From Leucoraja ocellata (lineage: Eukaryota), in the NCBI GenBank assembly GCA_036785375.1, contig JAWMAR010000603.1, positions 868,001 to 932,000 of the forward strand: a stretch of 64,000 nt of DNA. The letters are read 5' to 3'. Below are positions 53,401 to 64,000 of the stretch, in pieces. The position numbers and the translations under genes are program-made. Below the pieces are notes generated by a model. It did not search any database. It saw only the letters and a program-made list of their open reading frames with translations, and was not told where the DNA came from. Within the stretch, counting starts at the first letter, position 1. Every line of letters begins with the position of its first letter.

Positions 53401-54421
53401 TTACTTTTTCTTCTTTTAATGACTGTCCTACCTCTCAACGCCGACCTGATAGAAACAAATACATTCAATCTGCAGTAACATATCATTTACTCAATGCAGT
53501 TGCTCCCACTTTGCCAAAATTAATTCCATTGCCACACTCTGCCCATATAATTGTCACAAAACGTTGTTGCTGCAGTTAAAGAGATTTTCTGTTCTTTAAG
53601 CAAACCATACATGTCTGAGGCTTGAATACCACAGCCTTCATAGAACTGATTTTGTGCTTGGATTTAATTTGTGTTTGGTCCTTTCTAATGGTACTGAAGT
53701 TGTGCTTGTTGTCCTGTACACAAGCACGGTGAGGGACAGGTACAGGGAAAACCTCCCTCGCTGCAGCATCACAGGGACGCAGACTCAGACAAGCGCAAAA
53801 GCAAATTCTACATAAATTGCACTAATTCTCCAAGACAGTGAAAAGAAAAAGACAAATTTTTTTTTTATATTAGTGGGAAAATACACCATTAGGAAAAAAG
53901 GCCATGGTGGTACAATAAGTGATCTGTTGCATTCCACTGCAGAGGTGGGATTTGGATTGTGTAGGTGATTCTAGTGGGATTTCTGACTTTAGTGCCACCT
54001 GCCCGATAGTAGCAGCAAGAAGAGGGCCTGGCCTGGATGGTGGAGATCCTTAATGGATACCTCCTTGAGGCAGCATTTCATTTAGATGCTTTCAGTGGTG
54101 GGCCTGCAAAGAACGGGCTGTCCATTGCTCTTTGCAGCGTCTTGCATTCCTGTGCATTGGAGTTGCTGTACCAGGCCGTGATGCAACCAGCCATGCTGTA
54201 AATCAGTTCTAACCATTGGAATTGTACACTTTTACAGTAGTGCACTGTACTACTGCACTACTTTCTACAGCGCATCTGTAGTATTCTAATACTCAAGAGA
54301 TTGTAAAAGGAAGGATGAGAGATCACAACGATGAGACAAAATCTGCACCAAAAAGTGTATCTCTGGCCAGGTGACATCAGCATTGTATGGTTTGCATTAA
54401 GAAATATGCCTCTCAGTGATA

Positions 54422-54627
54422 GAAGCAAGGAATTGCAAATGCTAGTTTACGCAAAAGGACACAATTTGCTGGAGTAACTTAGCGGGTTAGGCAGCATCTC
54501 TGGAGAACATGGTTAGGTAACGTTTAGGGTTCAAGTCTGAAGAAGGCTCCCAACCCGAACCTCCACCTATCCATGTTTTCCAGAGATGCTGCCTGACCTG
54601 CAGAGTTACTCCTACATTTAGTGTTTG
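54422..54627. mobile_element. Palindromic Penelope-derived element with degenerate hammerhead core
   Basis: Inverted arms; central gtctgaagaaggctcccaacccgaac. Confidence 0.78.
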
Positions 54628-54896
54628 TTTTTTTTGCCACTCTTATTTTTGAAGAACAGAATAAAACGGCCTAAGCGTCTGATTTTAAAATTCAACATGA
54701 AGATATTTTCCTCTAATCAAATGATTGAACAAACATTCGCACATGGTTTTAAAAAGACATGTTTCAAGTTTTATACACAGACAAAGGATTAAAAGATAAA
54801 TTTGTTAAAGATTTGGGATTAAAACGGATAATGTTTGTGGCAAGGAAATACAATGACAACCTTTTCCTGACATAATTGATCATTATTCCCCGACAG

Positions 54897-55020
54897 GGAT
54901 TGTACACCTGAAATGAATCATTGTCGAAACAACATCCAGCTGGAGGCTCAGCGTATCTACAGTACACGCAGACAGATTTCAGAAGAAACAGAATCTTCTG
55001 AAAATAGAGATTCTCCAGAT
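54897..55020 (+). CDS. NEDD4: NEDD4 linker exon (124 nt): DCTPEMNHCRNNIQLEAQRIYSTRRQISEETESSENRDSPD
   Basis: cccgacag| ... GAT|gtaagt; RRQISEETES motif; phases match. Confidence 0.93.
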
Positions 55021-55214
55021 GTAAGTTGCCCGCTTTAATCTACTTCAAAGGTAAAGTCTGTCCATATATCTGAAAAGCATTTGAGAAGATGTACTATATT
55101 TTAGTTCTTGGTTTCTTGGTCCTCCAAAATATTCCAAATGGAATTTAAACTGGAGGTGGTGGAGGGAGGACAAGCCAGAAGGGGTTATTGGGAAGAAAGA
55201 GCTACGTGGGACGA

Positions 55215-55415
55215 CAGATGGCACAATGGGCTAAGTGTTCGGCCAGCGAGCGGAAGGTAGCCGGTTCGAATCCCGCTTGGAGTGCATACTGTCGTTGTGT
55301 CCTTGGGGCAAGACACTTCACCCACCTTTGCCTGTGTGTAAATGTAATGTAAATATGTGAAGCACTTTGGGGTCAATGCAAGTTGACTATATAAATAAGA
55401 TTATTATTATTATTA
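55215..55415 (+). mobile_element. tRNA-derived CORE-SINE with L2-like tail
   Basis: A box tggcacaatgg, B box ggttcgaatcc, core gtgtccttggggcaagacacttcacc, tail tgtgaagcactttggg...ataaataag(ATT)n. Confidence 0.8.
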
Positions 55416-55599
55416 CATTTAGTTGCATCTGGTTGGGTAACTATAGTTGGGTGGAGATTATTCCATGCTTTAGTTCCGCATGTACAAATATAAACCACAA
55501 TCTAATTCAATTTCCGAACAGTGCATTGTTTTATTAACTATTCCAACTGAACATTACCCTGTGCTAAAGTAACTTGCCATTCGTGACCATTCAAACAAA

Positions 55600-57040
55600 A
55601 CATAGTGTTACATCATTCTCCAACATTTCCGCCAGTCACATCTTCATGGGCCATCCCTTTCTGCTTTCACTAGGGGTTACTGTCTCCGAACTCCTTGGGT
55701 CGTTCATCCCATCTCATCCAACCACCCCCTACCGAAGCATTTTCCTCTGTAACCACAGGAGGTGTAACACTTGCCCCTGCAAGTGTTACATCTAGCAGTC
55801 ACAGTGGCGCAGCGGTAGAGTTGCTGCCTTACAGCGAATGCAGCGCCGGAGACCCAGGTTCGATCCCGACTACAGGTGCTATCTGTACGGAGTTTGTACG
55901 ATTTCCCCATGATCTGCTTGGGTTTTCTCCGAGATCTTCGGTTTCCTCCCACACTCCAAAGACGTATTGGTTTGTAGGTTAATTTGCTTGGTAAATGTAA
56001 AAATTGTTCCTAATGGGTGTAGGATAGTGTTAGTGTGCGGGGATCGCTGGTTTGCGCAGATCATGTGGGCCGAAGGGCCTGTTTCCGTGCTGTATCTCTA
56101 AACTAAACTAAACTTCCTCTCTCACATCCATGGAGGGTCACCAGCAGCTCTTCCAGGTGAGACAGAAGTTTACTCACACCTCTTCCAACCTCGTCTATTG
56201 CATTTGTAGCACCAGATGTGAACTCCTCCACATCTGTGAGACCAAGCATAGTCTTAGCTGGAACTCCCAGTTGCTAACCATTTTATTTCCCCGTTCCATT
56301 CCCATACTAATCTTCCTGAACATGGCCACTGCCAGTGACACCACATCCACACTGGAAGAACAGCACTTCATATTCTGCTTGGGTAGCCTACAATCCAATA
56401 GTATGAACATTGAATTCTCAAACTTCAAATGATAATCACCCCTCTACCCCTCTCTTTCTCACTCCAACCCATTACACCACATCCACCCCAGTGTCCACAT
56501 GTCTTTTCTACCATCTCCCACAACCCTGCTCCTTTACTTCCTACATATGCTCATCCCACACCCCTCTTGTCCTTGAGCCACCCATTTATCTTTAAGCCGT
56601 GTCTTTCCCCTTCTGCCTGTCCCATTCCACCCATATCCTTCCTTCCATCTTATGGACCAGCAATAGATGGGATTGGAAGAGTGTAGGTGACCCTCTGTCT
56701 CACCTGGAAGGGGGAGCTGCAGTACCTGGATAGAAGTGAGAGGAGGTGCAGGGACAGGTGTCACATCTGTCCTTACATCTCCAAATTCATCTTCTTTCCT
56801 TATGTGACACCCTGTTGTTTACTTTTCACCTCCAGCCTTTGTCAGTTAATCCACCCATCAGCCAATCATTCCCCAATCCTCTCACTTGTATCCACCTATC
56901 ACTTACCAGGTTTAGCCCCACTCTCACCTTTTTCAGCTTTCTCCTACCCTTCTCCATTGACTTGAAGAATTAAGCCCATCCGAAACATTTCCCTCCACAG
57001 ATGCTGCCTGACATGCTGAGTTCCTCTAGCACTTTGTATT
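55600..57040 (+). mobile_element. Degenerate Penelope-like element: GIY-YIG endonuclease 3' region plus pLTR
   Basis: CNHRRCNTCP ... FQVRQKFTHTSSNLVYCICSTRCELLHICETK ... LEEQHFIFCLGSLQSNSMNIEFSNFK*; pLTR-like end ccacagatgctgcctgac. Confidence 0.8.
55798..56113 (+). mobile_element. HE1-type V-SINE nested in the Penelope element
   Basis: Full head, V-domain and tail ending (taaac)n. Confidence 0.9.
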
Positions 57041-57067
57041 TTGTTACAACTAAGATTTTTCTTGCAG

Positions 57068-57247
57068 GGCTGGGAATTGATCACCGAAGATGAAACTCAA
57101 TTTGCCAGCTCTAATCCGCAGTCACCACCTCCTCCCCATACGCCTACCGGACAAAATGTAAGCTTTGACTTGCAAAATCAACTTGCAGAAGAACTTAGTC
57201 GTCGATTCCAGGCTACTGGGTGTACAGATCGCCGCAGCTCCAGCTCA
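57068..57247 (+). CDS. NEDD4: NEDD4 linker exon (180 nt): GWELITEDE...LAEELSRRF...SSSS
   Basis: ttcttgcag| ... TCA|gtaagt; WExIxEDE and LAEEL motifs. Confidence 0.92.
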
Positions 57248-57422
57248 GTAAGTAGAGAAGCAAGTTTTGACAAGTTGCTGCATTTTAATCCCACGGAGAT
57301 GTTGGTCTCAGCTTTCTGGAAATTATAAACATCACCATCCATCCTCCCGTCCTGTAAAATAGGGTTGACTTAGTCGAATTAAATGAATGTTTCCAATCCA
57401 TTTGTTAGATGAATGTTTAAAT

Positions 57423-57687
57423 TGTGGCGCCACGGGCCACTCATGCTTGAACCCTCGTCAGGAGATACGAGGGCGGGCACGTGACGTCATGGGTTAGAGG
57501 GTGTCCCGGTACTTATGGTCTCTCACCTCGAGACCTTGAGGAGTCAACAGGTAGCTGAGCCCGAGAGAACAACCTCGCTCAGCTACAGCAACATTGTAAT
57601 ATAGTTAGCGCACCAACCTAACATGTCACCACTGAATAAATGACCCTTTGAACCTCACCTTTATTCACCACGTTTGGTGCCGCTACA
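57423..57687 (+). mobile_element. Solo LTR (265 bp)
   Basis: TGT...ACA termini with short inverted ends, AAAT 4-bp TSD, AATAAA at 57635-57640. Confidence 0.8.
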
Positions 57688-57803
57688 AAATGGCCATTAG
57701 CCAAATGGATTTTAATATTTGTTTTCATTTTCTAACATAAAATATTTAAACTCTGGTTTGTATATACAATGTGCTTTATTGTCTTTCCATATTAGATTAT
57801 CCA

Positions 57804-58036
57804 TTAACTACGCCTGGCGCACGCAGGTATCGAACCCGGCGTTTGGAAGCCGTGGTCACGTGACTCACGGGAGGGGCTGCTAGTTTTCGCGCGGTTTTGC
57901 TTTCGCGCGGCTGTTGAGTGCTGACCACCATTGTGGCCACACGTGTTGTGAGAACCTGTGAGCAACGAAGCTATTTTGAGAATAAAATAAGTTACAAAAC
58001 TTAGTTGTCGTTCTTGCGATCGCCAAACCACTCTCA
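57804..58036. other. CpG-rich segment with GTCACGTGAC E-box and two TTTCGCGC E2F-like sites; probably TE-derived
   Basis: High CpG density in an AT-rich intron; AATAAA at 57981. Confidence 0.4.
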
Positions 58037-58227
58037 TTTAGTGCCATCAATGGAGCTAAATGCTGATCTCTTTGAAACTTAATTTGTTCATTCAAGTAAT
58101 AATGTCATCGATACTTATATGTTCGTCCTTCCAAGATTCCATTATACTTGTTCCATTTTAAACTCAGTGTAGTTGATTGGACATTGATGAAAGATATATT
58201 GTAATATGTTTGTTCTGCTTTTTTAAG

Positions 58228-58290
58228 AGTCATTCCAGTAGGCAAGGGAGTTCACAGACTACTCTGGAAGAACAGCCAGTACTGCCTGTT
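58228..58290 (+). CDS. NEDD4: NEDD4 exon (63 nt): SHSSRQGSSQTTLEEQPVLPV
   Basis: ttttttaag| ... GTT|gtaagt; matches recalled NHSSRRGSLQAYTFEEQPTLPV. Confidence 0.92.
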
Positions 58291-59384
58291 GTAAGTATTT
58301 CAACTGTAGTTTTAAAGCAACATGTAGAGTTGAAACAACATCAATTGGTTCTTACCTGTAATGTAACAAAATGGCCGAGGATGTAGCATGGGGATGTTTT
58401 CAATCAGAAGTTTAATATTGAAAAACAAAATGGAATTGTGCATGTGATTAAAAGTATGGTCAGAGGTCGGCTTTGTGGAATGAGACATTATCATCTCTGG
58501 CCTTTGCCCACAATCTGCCTATCAAATCCCCTTCACTTGTATCCACCTATCACTTGCTAGGCCTTGACCTGCCCCCACCTCTCCCAGCTTTTACTCCCCA
58601 ATCTCCCCCCCCCACCCCAGCCCCAATCTCCCCTCTCTCCCCCCCCCCCCCCCCCCCCCCACTCTTCCCCTACCACAGTCACTCTGAAGAAGTGAACAGA
58701 CCTGAAAAGTCCCCTACTTGTGCTCTCCAGCAAGCTGCTCTCTCTGCCTGACTCACTGAGTTTCTCCAACACTCTAAGTCTTATTTTTAGACCAGCACCT
58801 GCACTTCCTTGCCGTCTCCTGTTTACCTTAGGGACAAGCGGTTCTCAGTGTCGAATCTGGCATTGTGCTTTTGTGTGATGTTGCCAAGGAACAACATGTC
58901 GGTGAGAGGTTTGAGGGGGTGGTTCATGTGGTCACTGTATCAATGGGTGCAACTGTGTTTAGAAAGACGAGAGGAATGACTGCATCATAGCCACTGCTGC
59001 ATAAGATGGCATTTATGACTTTGAAACCTGGTTGTGAGAGTTGCTGAAGATGTTGGCATGGATTTGGAATGTGTCAATCCCAGGACTATGAAAGTGCAAG
59101 GAAAATGCATTAAAGCTTGCAAGAGGTTAAAAGTATAGATTTTCTTTAATAGGGAACTTTTAGACGACCAATGGATAAAGCTGTACTGGAAACCACTCAC
59201 TATACCCACTTAGAAAGTGTCAAAGATAATATTTTGTCGTAGATTTGAGTATCCTCTGTCCATTGTGTGAAGAAGCATCTCATGACATTTCTGCTGCCTT
59301 GTTCTAATTTTAAACTTGTATGTTCAATCTAACCAGAATTACTGGCAGGGACAAATGCCTGTAGTCATTGGTTACAAGAAGTAG

Positions 59385-59925
59385 ACAATAGACAATATGT
59401 GCAGGAGGAGGCCATTCAGCCCTTTGAGCCAGCACCGCCATTCAATGTGATCATAGCTGAGCATCCACAAGTATAGCTGGACCAAACCCACTTTGAGGGC
59501 TTTACTTTTCTAAGACTAGGCTTGTATTCACTGGAGTTTAGAAGGATGGGGGGGGGGATCTTATAGAAACATATTATAAAAGGACTGGACAAGCTAGATG
59601 CAGGAAAAATGTTCCCAATGTTGGGTGAGTCCAGAACCAGGGGCCACACTTAGAATAAAGGGGAGGTCATTAAAGACTGAGGTGAGAAAAAAACGTTTTC
59701 ACTCAGAGTTGTGAATTTGTGGAATTTCCTGCCACAGAGGGCAGTAGAGGCCAAATCACTGGATGGATTTAAGAGAGAGTTAGATAGAGCTCTAGGGGCT
59801 AGTGGAATCAAGGGATATGGTGAGAAGGCAGGCACGGGTTATTGATTTGGAATGATCAACCATGATCGCATTGAATGGCTCGAAGGGCCGAATGGCCTCC
59901 TCCTGCACATATTTTCAATGTTTCT
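59385..59925. mobile_element. Two divergent CR1 3' ends forming an inverted-terminus composite
   Basis: Minus-strand tail at 59385-59462; plus-strand CR1 at 59510-59925. Confidence 0.8.
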
Positions 59926-60339
59926 AAAGCAAGTTTTATGCATGAACCTTAACTTGTGATCCAGTGGTGTAGGATTGATCTTATGTTTGATTGTGCATGT
60001 GTATAGTAAGACTTTACTGTATTGTATGGAAAACAAAGAACTTCATTGTATCTAGGTACATGTGACAATAAAGTTCCATTGAACCATTGAGTCAAATAGG
60101 TCAGCTCCACCCTTTCCTATGCCCCTTCCTTGCGTAAATGTTAAAACATTTTAAGCTGTTAAGAAATCATGTCGATATTTTTTAAAGCAAAACTATTTTA
60201 AGACCCTATTTATTTTTAAGATTGTGCTCAAATCAAATGTCAAGATTTTCTTCACTTGGTAATTTTGCACAAAAAAAAAAATCCTTCCTCCAGTTGGTGT
60301 TCTTCATTAACCAAATGTTTTATCTGCTGTTCCTGGTAG

Positions 60340-60477
<138 letters not shown>

Positions 60478-60850
60478 TAAATCATATCAGAAACCAACAC
60501 TCGCATTGAACCTGGAGCAAACGTGTTATTTCCTAAGTATTAGAAACTGTCCAACTTATTGGCAACTTACAATTTTTAGAAAGTTATAGAATCAATTGTT
60601 TGATTTTGAATCAACTTTTTGATTTGGACCTCCACAGATTCAGTGAAGTTTATTTGATACAAATGGTGGAAATTGATTTTTGGAACTATCTATTTTGTTC
60701 AGGAGTTGGCTATCAAATAGTCCAGACTTAGAACCATAACTGCCTCTCTTCCATTTTGCTCTTATTCTGTTGAAATAATTTGCTTCATGTCTCTACTTGT
60801 CACCTTTTGAATCGATAGAAAATATCTATTCTGGTCTATTTTCCGTACAG

Positions 60851-61057
60851 ACCACCAAAGAAGCAGTGCAGCCTAATCCCAGTCGGAACCCCACAGTCTA
60901 TGTTCCTCAGTCAACATCCCCTCCGAATGCTCCAGAATATTCCCCAAACAATCAACGTAAATATGAGCCGGGCTTTCTCCCTCCTGGATGGGAGATCCGC
61001 TCTGTAACCAATGGTAGACCGTTCTTCATTGACCACAACACCAAAAGCACAACATGG
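60851..61057 (+). CDS. NEDD4: NEDD4 WW3 exon (207 nt): TTKEAVQP...[29 protein letters not shown]
   Basis: ttccgtacag| ... TGG|gtaagg; [11 protein letters not shown] motif. Confidence 0.95.
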
Positions 61058-61599
61058 GTAAGGAGAGTTCTTGTTGGTACAGCAGATTACAAAGGAACCA
61101 AGGCAAGGATTTTATGATACTTCTTTCAAGATAGTTGATAATGCATGTTTAATGTATTATAATGTATTGTTAATGTATTGAAATAGCTTCATCAGTAAGC
61201 CAATCTTTCCTGGCATATTAAAGTATATTAAATCTGCATCAGAATTTAGCAATATTATCAATGCAAATAGTAATCAAAACATTAATTGTTGCTTTGGATC
61301 TCTGCAAGCAGCTGGCTTGGCATTGAAGCTCTGAGACTAGACCATTGCATTCTGCCCACTTTCAACCAACTGTAACTTAATAGAACTGCTCCAGGATTCC
61401 AGGCCCCTCGATTTCTCTGCTCCACAGGTGCAGACTCTAATGTTCTGCATATACTTTAATGCCATATCACAACAGAAAACTTGAAATCCAGTTCTTCACA
61501 TAGATACTGCTGCAAATCGTTTTATGGAGCACACCTTTACAGACACACTGTACAATCATACAATGACAAACATTGGCTTTGTTTAGACCCGGTAGAACT

Positions 61600-61942
61600 A
61601 AGTATATAAAATTGAGGGGCACAGATAGAGTGGACAGTCAGAACCGTTCCCCCTAGAGTGGAAATGTCAAGGACTAGTGGGCATGGCTTTGAGGTCAGAG
61701 TGGGAAAGTTTAAAGGAAATGTGCTGGGCAAATTATTTTTACACAGAGTGTACATGGGTGCCTGGAACATGCTGCCAGATGTGGTGGTGGAAGCAGTTAC
61801 GATAGAGGTGTTTAAGAGGCTTTTAGATGTGTACAGATGTATGCATGGGATGGAGAGATGGATCGCATGCAGGCAGAGGGCATTGGTTTAACTTGGCATT
61901 GTGTTCGACACAGACATTGTGGACCAAAAGGCCTGTTCCTGT
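61600..61942 (+). mobile_element. CR1 3' end
   Basis: RVYMGAWNMLPDVVVEAVTIEVFKRLLD. Confidence 0.8.
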
Positions 61943-62676
61943 TAGTTTCCATAGTTCATAGTGTACTGAAAATGATTTTTTCAAGCACCTTTTAGTTGTA
62001 TGTTTAATTGAACTGTGACCTTTAAAAAAAAAAAAAAATTAACAAAATTGTGGCCCTCATGTTCTTACTTATTCTGTTACTTGGGTGGTGGAACAATGTT
62101 GGGACAGATTGTAGTTTCCCCACCACTACGTTAGTTGAGAGCAAGTGGCTTACCACAAATTGGCCATGAACAGTGAGCCACTTTTGATCTTTTTGGCTCA
62201 CCTGCTGACTTTTGCTAAAACGGTTTGATGCAGTATTATGTGCAAGTATGAAAAGATGTTTTTAGGTGTGTGGAGAAAGGAACTTTAGATATAGAGCCAA
62301 ATTAAATAGTTCAAAAATCCTGCAGCACCTAGAGAATTGGAATTCTGTTTCCTTTCCGTCTCAAGTTAAAGCAGCAGCAAGCTTGCAGACTAGTTCAAGA
62401 GAAGGGTGATCCATTAACAAGTGAATAACTGAATGAGTTTGGCTTACTTCATGCATAGAAAATGAAATATATCATAACAATATCTTGCTAATAATAAATG
62501 TGGCATGCATTTTGGTTTATTGTTGTGTCGATGATATTATAATGATGTAGCAAATTATATTTTAAGTTAAGTAATTTAAATGCATGCGTGACAAGGAAAT
62601 CAGTGTGTTTCCAAATTTGAATGTAAAGTAGAAGAACTATATTATAACTTGATAAAAACAACGAGAACTTTATTTC

Positions 62677-62962
62677 TGTTTAGTTTAGAGATACTGCGCA
62701 GAAACAGGTCCTTTGTTCCACCGAGTCCACGCTGACCCTTACACTTACACTATCCCGCAAACGCTAGGGTCAATTTACAATTAAGCCAAGCCAATTAACC
62801 TACAAGCCTGTATGTCTTTGGAGTGTGGGAGGAAACCAGAGATCTCGGCGAAAACCCGTGTTGTCACAGGGTGAATGCGCAAACTCCGTACAGACAAGCC
62901 CCCATAGTCAGGATTGAACCCGGGTCTCTGGCGCTGTAAGGCACCAACTCTACCGCTGCGAC
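62677..62962 (-). mobile_element. HE1-type V-SINE
   Basis: Reverse complement of head, V-domain and tail. Confidence 0.87.
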
Positions 62963-63287
62963 TCTGAGAGCTTTCCTAATGAGGGAATCAACAGACAGCG
63001 AGCCAAAGTAGCTGAGGGATGACCAAGAGCTTGATTGTTGTAGGATTGCAAGCTTGAGGGTAAATTCACCATAAGATGTTCCATTTAATCACAAGCTGGA
63101 ATTATGCCCCACATCAAGTTGGCAATTTTTAAAATCCTGATAATAAATATAGTAAGAACCACAAAGGAAAGTATACTTGTTAATGTTTGTACATGGATTA
63201 AGTGGGAAGGGCAAAGTGGGTATTTATTGCTATTGCTAATTTAATTGAGCATCGTTTATTAATTCTGTGCTTGAAACTTGTAACCAG

Positions 63288-63365
63288 GAGGATCCAAGAT
63301 TGAAGATTCCAGTTCATGTCCGGCAACGTCCACCTTTAGATCCTTCAGATCTTGGACCACTTCCT
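63288..63365 (+). CDS. NEDD4: NEDD4 exon (78 nt): EDPRLKIPVHVRQRPPLDPSDLGPLP
   Basis: taaccag| ... CCT|gtaagt; WW3-WW4 linker ending DLGPLP. Confidence 0.94.
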
Positions 63366-63448
63366 GTAAGTTACCCTTCTGTCTTATTCTCCCAATTCAA
63401 TGCCTACAGGTTAAATGGTTTGACCTTAAGACTACAGTTTACCCTTGA

Positions 63449-63715
63449 TAGAAACATCGAAACATAGAAATTAGGTGCAGGAGTAGGCCATTCGGCCCTT
63501 CGAGCCTGCACAGCCATTCAATATGATCATGGCTGATCATCCAACTCAGTATCCCGTACCTGCCTTCTCTCCATACCCTCTGATCCCCTTAGCCACAAGG
63601 GCCACATCTAACTCCCTCTTAAATATAGCCAATGAACTGGCCTCGACTACCCTCTGCGGCAGAGAGTTCCAGAGATTCACCACTCTCTGTGTGAAAAAAG
63701 TTCTTCTCATCTCGG
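63449..63715 (-). mobile_element. Young CR1 3' end
   Basis: Near-identical reverse complement of 13147-13380. Confidence 0.88.
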
Positions 63716-64000
63716 TTTTTAGGTGTGTGGAGCTCGGAAACCTCCTTATGATTATTATCTACTGTCTTCCCTCAGCTGATCAAATGACACCCCATCTAGC
63801 TCTCTAAATATTCACACCATCCATCATCAAAACACAGTTCTATCAACAAAATGCATTGTAGCTACTTGCCTAGGTTAACCTTGCAGTGCCTCCAAGAGGA
63901 AGAAGATTGAACGTTAGTGCCTTCCTTCACAGTGAGGAATGTGGAATCCTCTGTGATGGATGTTTATGTTAACATTGATGAGGTTGTGTATCTTGTTGCT

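Noticed and set aside
55215-55290. tRNA gene (A/B boxes), also at the HE1 heads
   Set aside because: No complete cloverleaf; continues into SINE core and tail
58600-58670. Poly-C tract as a G-quadruplex element
   Set aside because: Low-complexity part of a Penelope-type 3' UTR, G-rich only on the antisense strand; homopolymer length is unreliable

Overview
Eukaryotic, AT-rich, repeat-dense vertebrate DNA. The repeats (HE1/V-SINE, CR1/HER1 3' ends, Penelope pLTRs, Rex/Babar, Harbinger MITEs) point to a cartilaginous fish, probably a skate or ray (inference). The whole window lies inside one + strand gene, NEDD4 (NEDD4-1, C2-WW-HECT E3 ubiquitin ligase). I read 13 internal coding exons from the C2 domain through WW1-WW3 to the linker before WW4, all joining in frame. 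There is also a 1281-nt alternative first coding exon (18148-19428) matching the long N-terminal isoform known from mammals. The first C2 exons lie upstream of the window and WW4/HECT lie downstream. Almost all other ORFs in the track are transposon debris. Most notable: (i) palindromic Penelope-derived insertions with 10-bp target duplications and hammerhead-ribozyme-like cores; (ii) the conserved long-isoform exon, preceded by a uORF cluster that includes a hydrophobic 39-aa uORF; (iii) a GC-AG intron after WW2; (iv) a WW3 loop lacking the APN motif; (v) a solo LTR next to a CpG-rich E2F/E-box element; (vi) inverted repeat pairs flanking in-frame exons. All family assignments are from recalled motifs, not database searches, and repeat boundaries are approximate unless a TSD is given. 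There are two assembly gaps.
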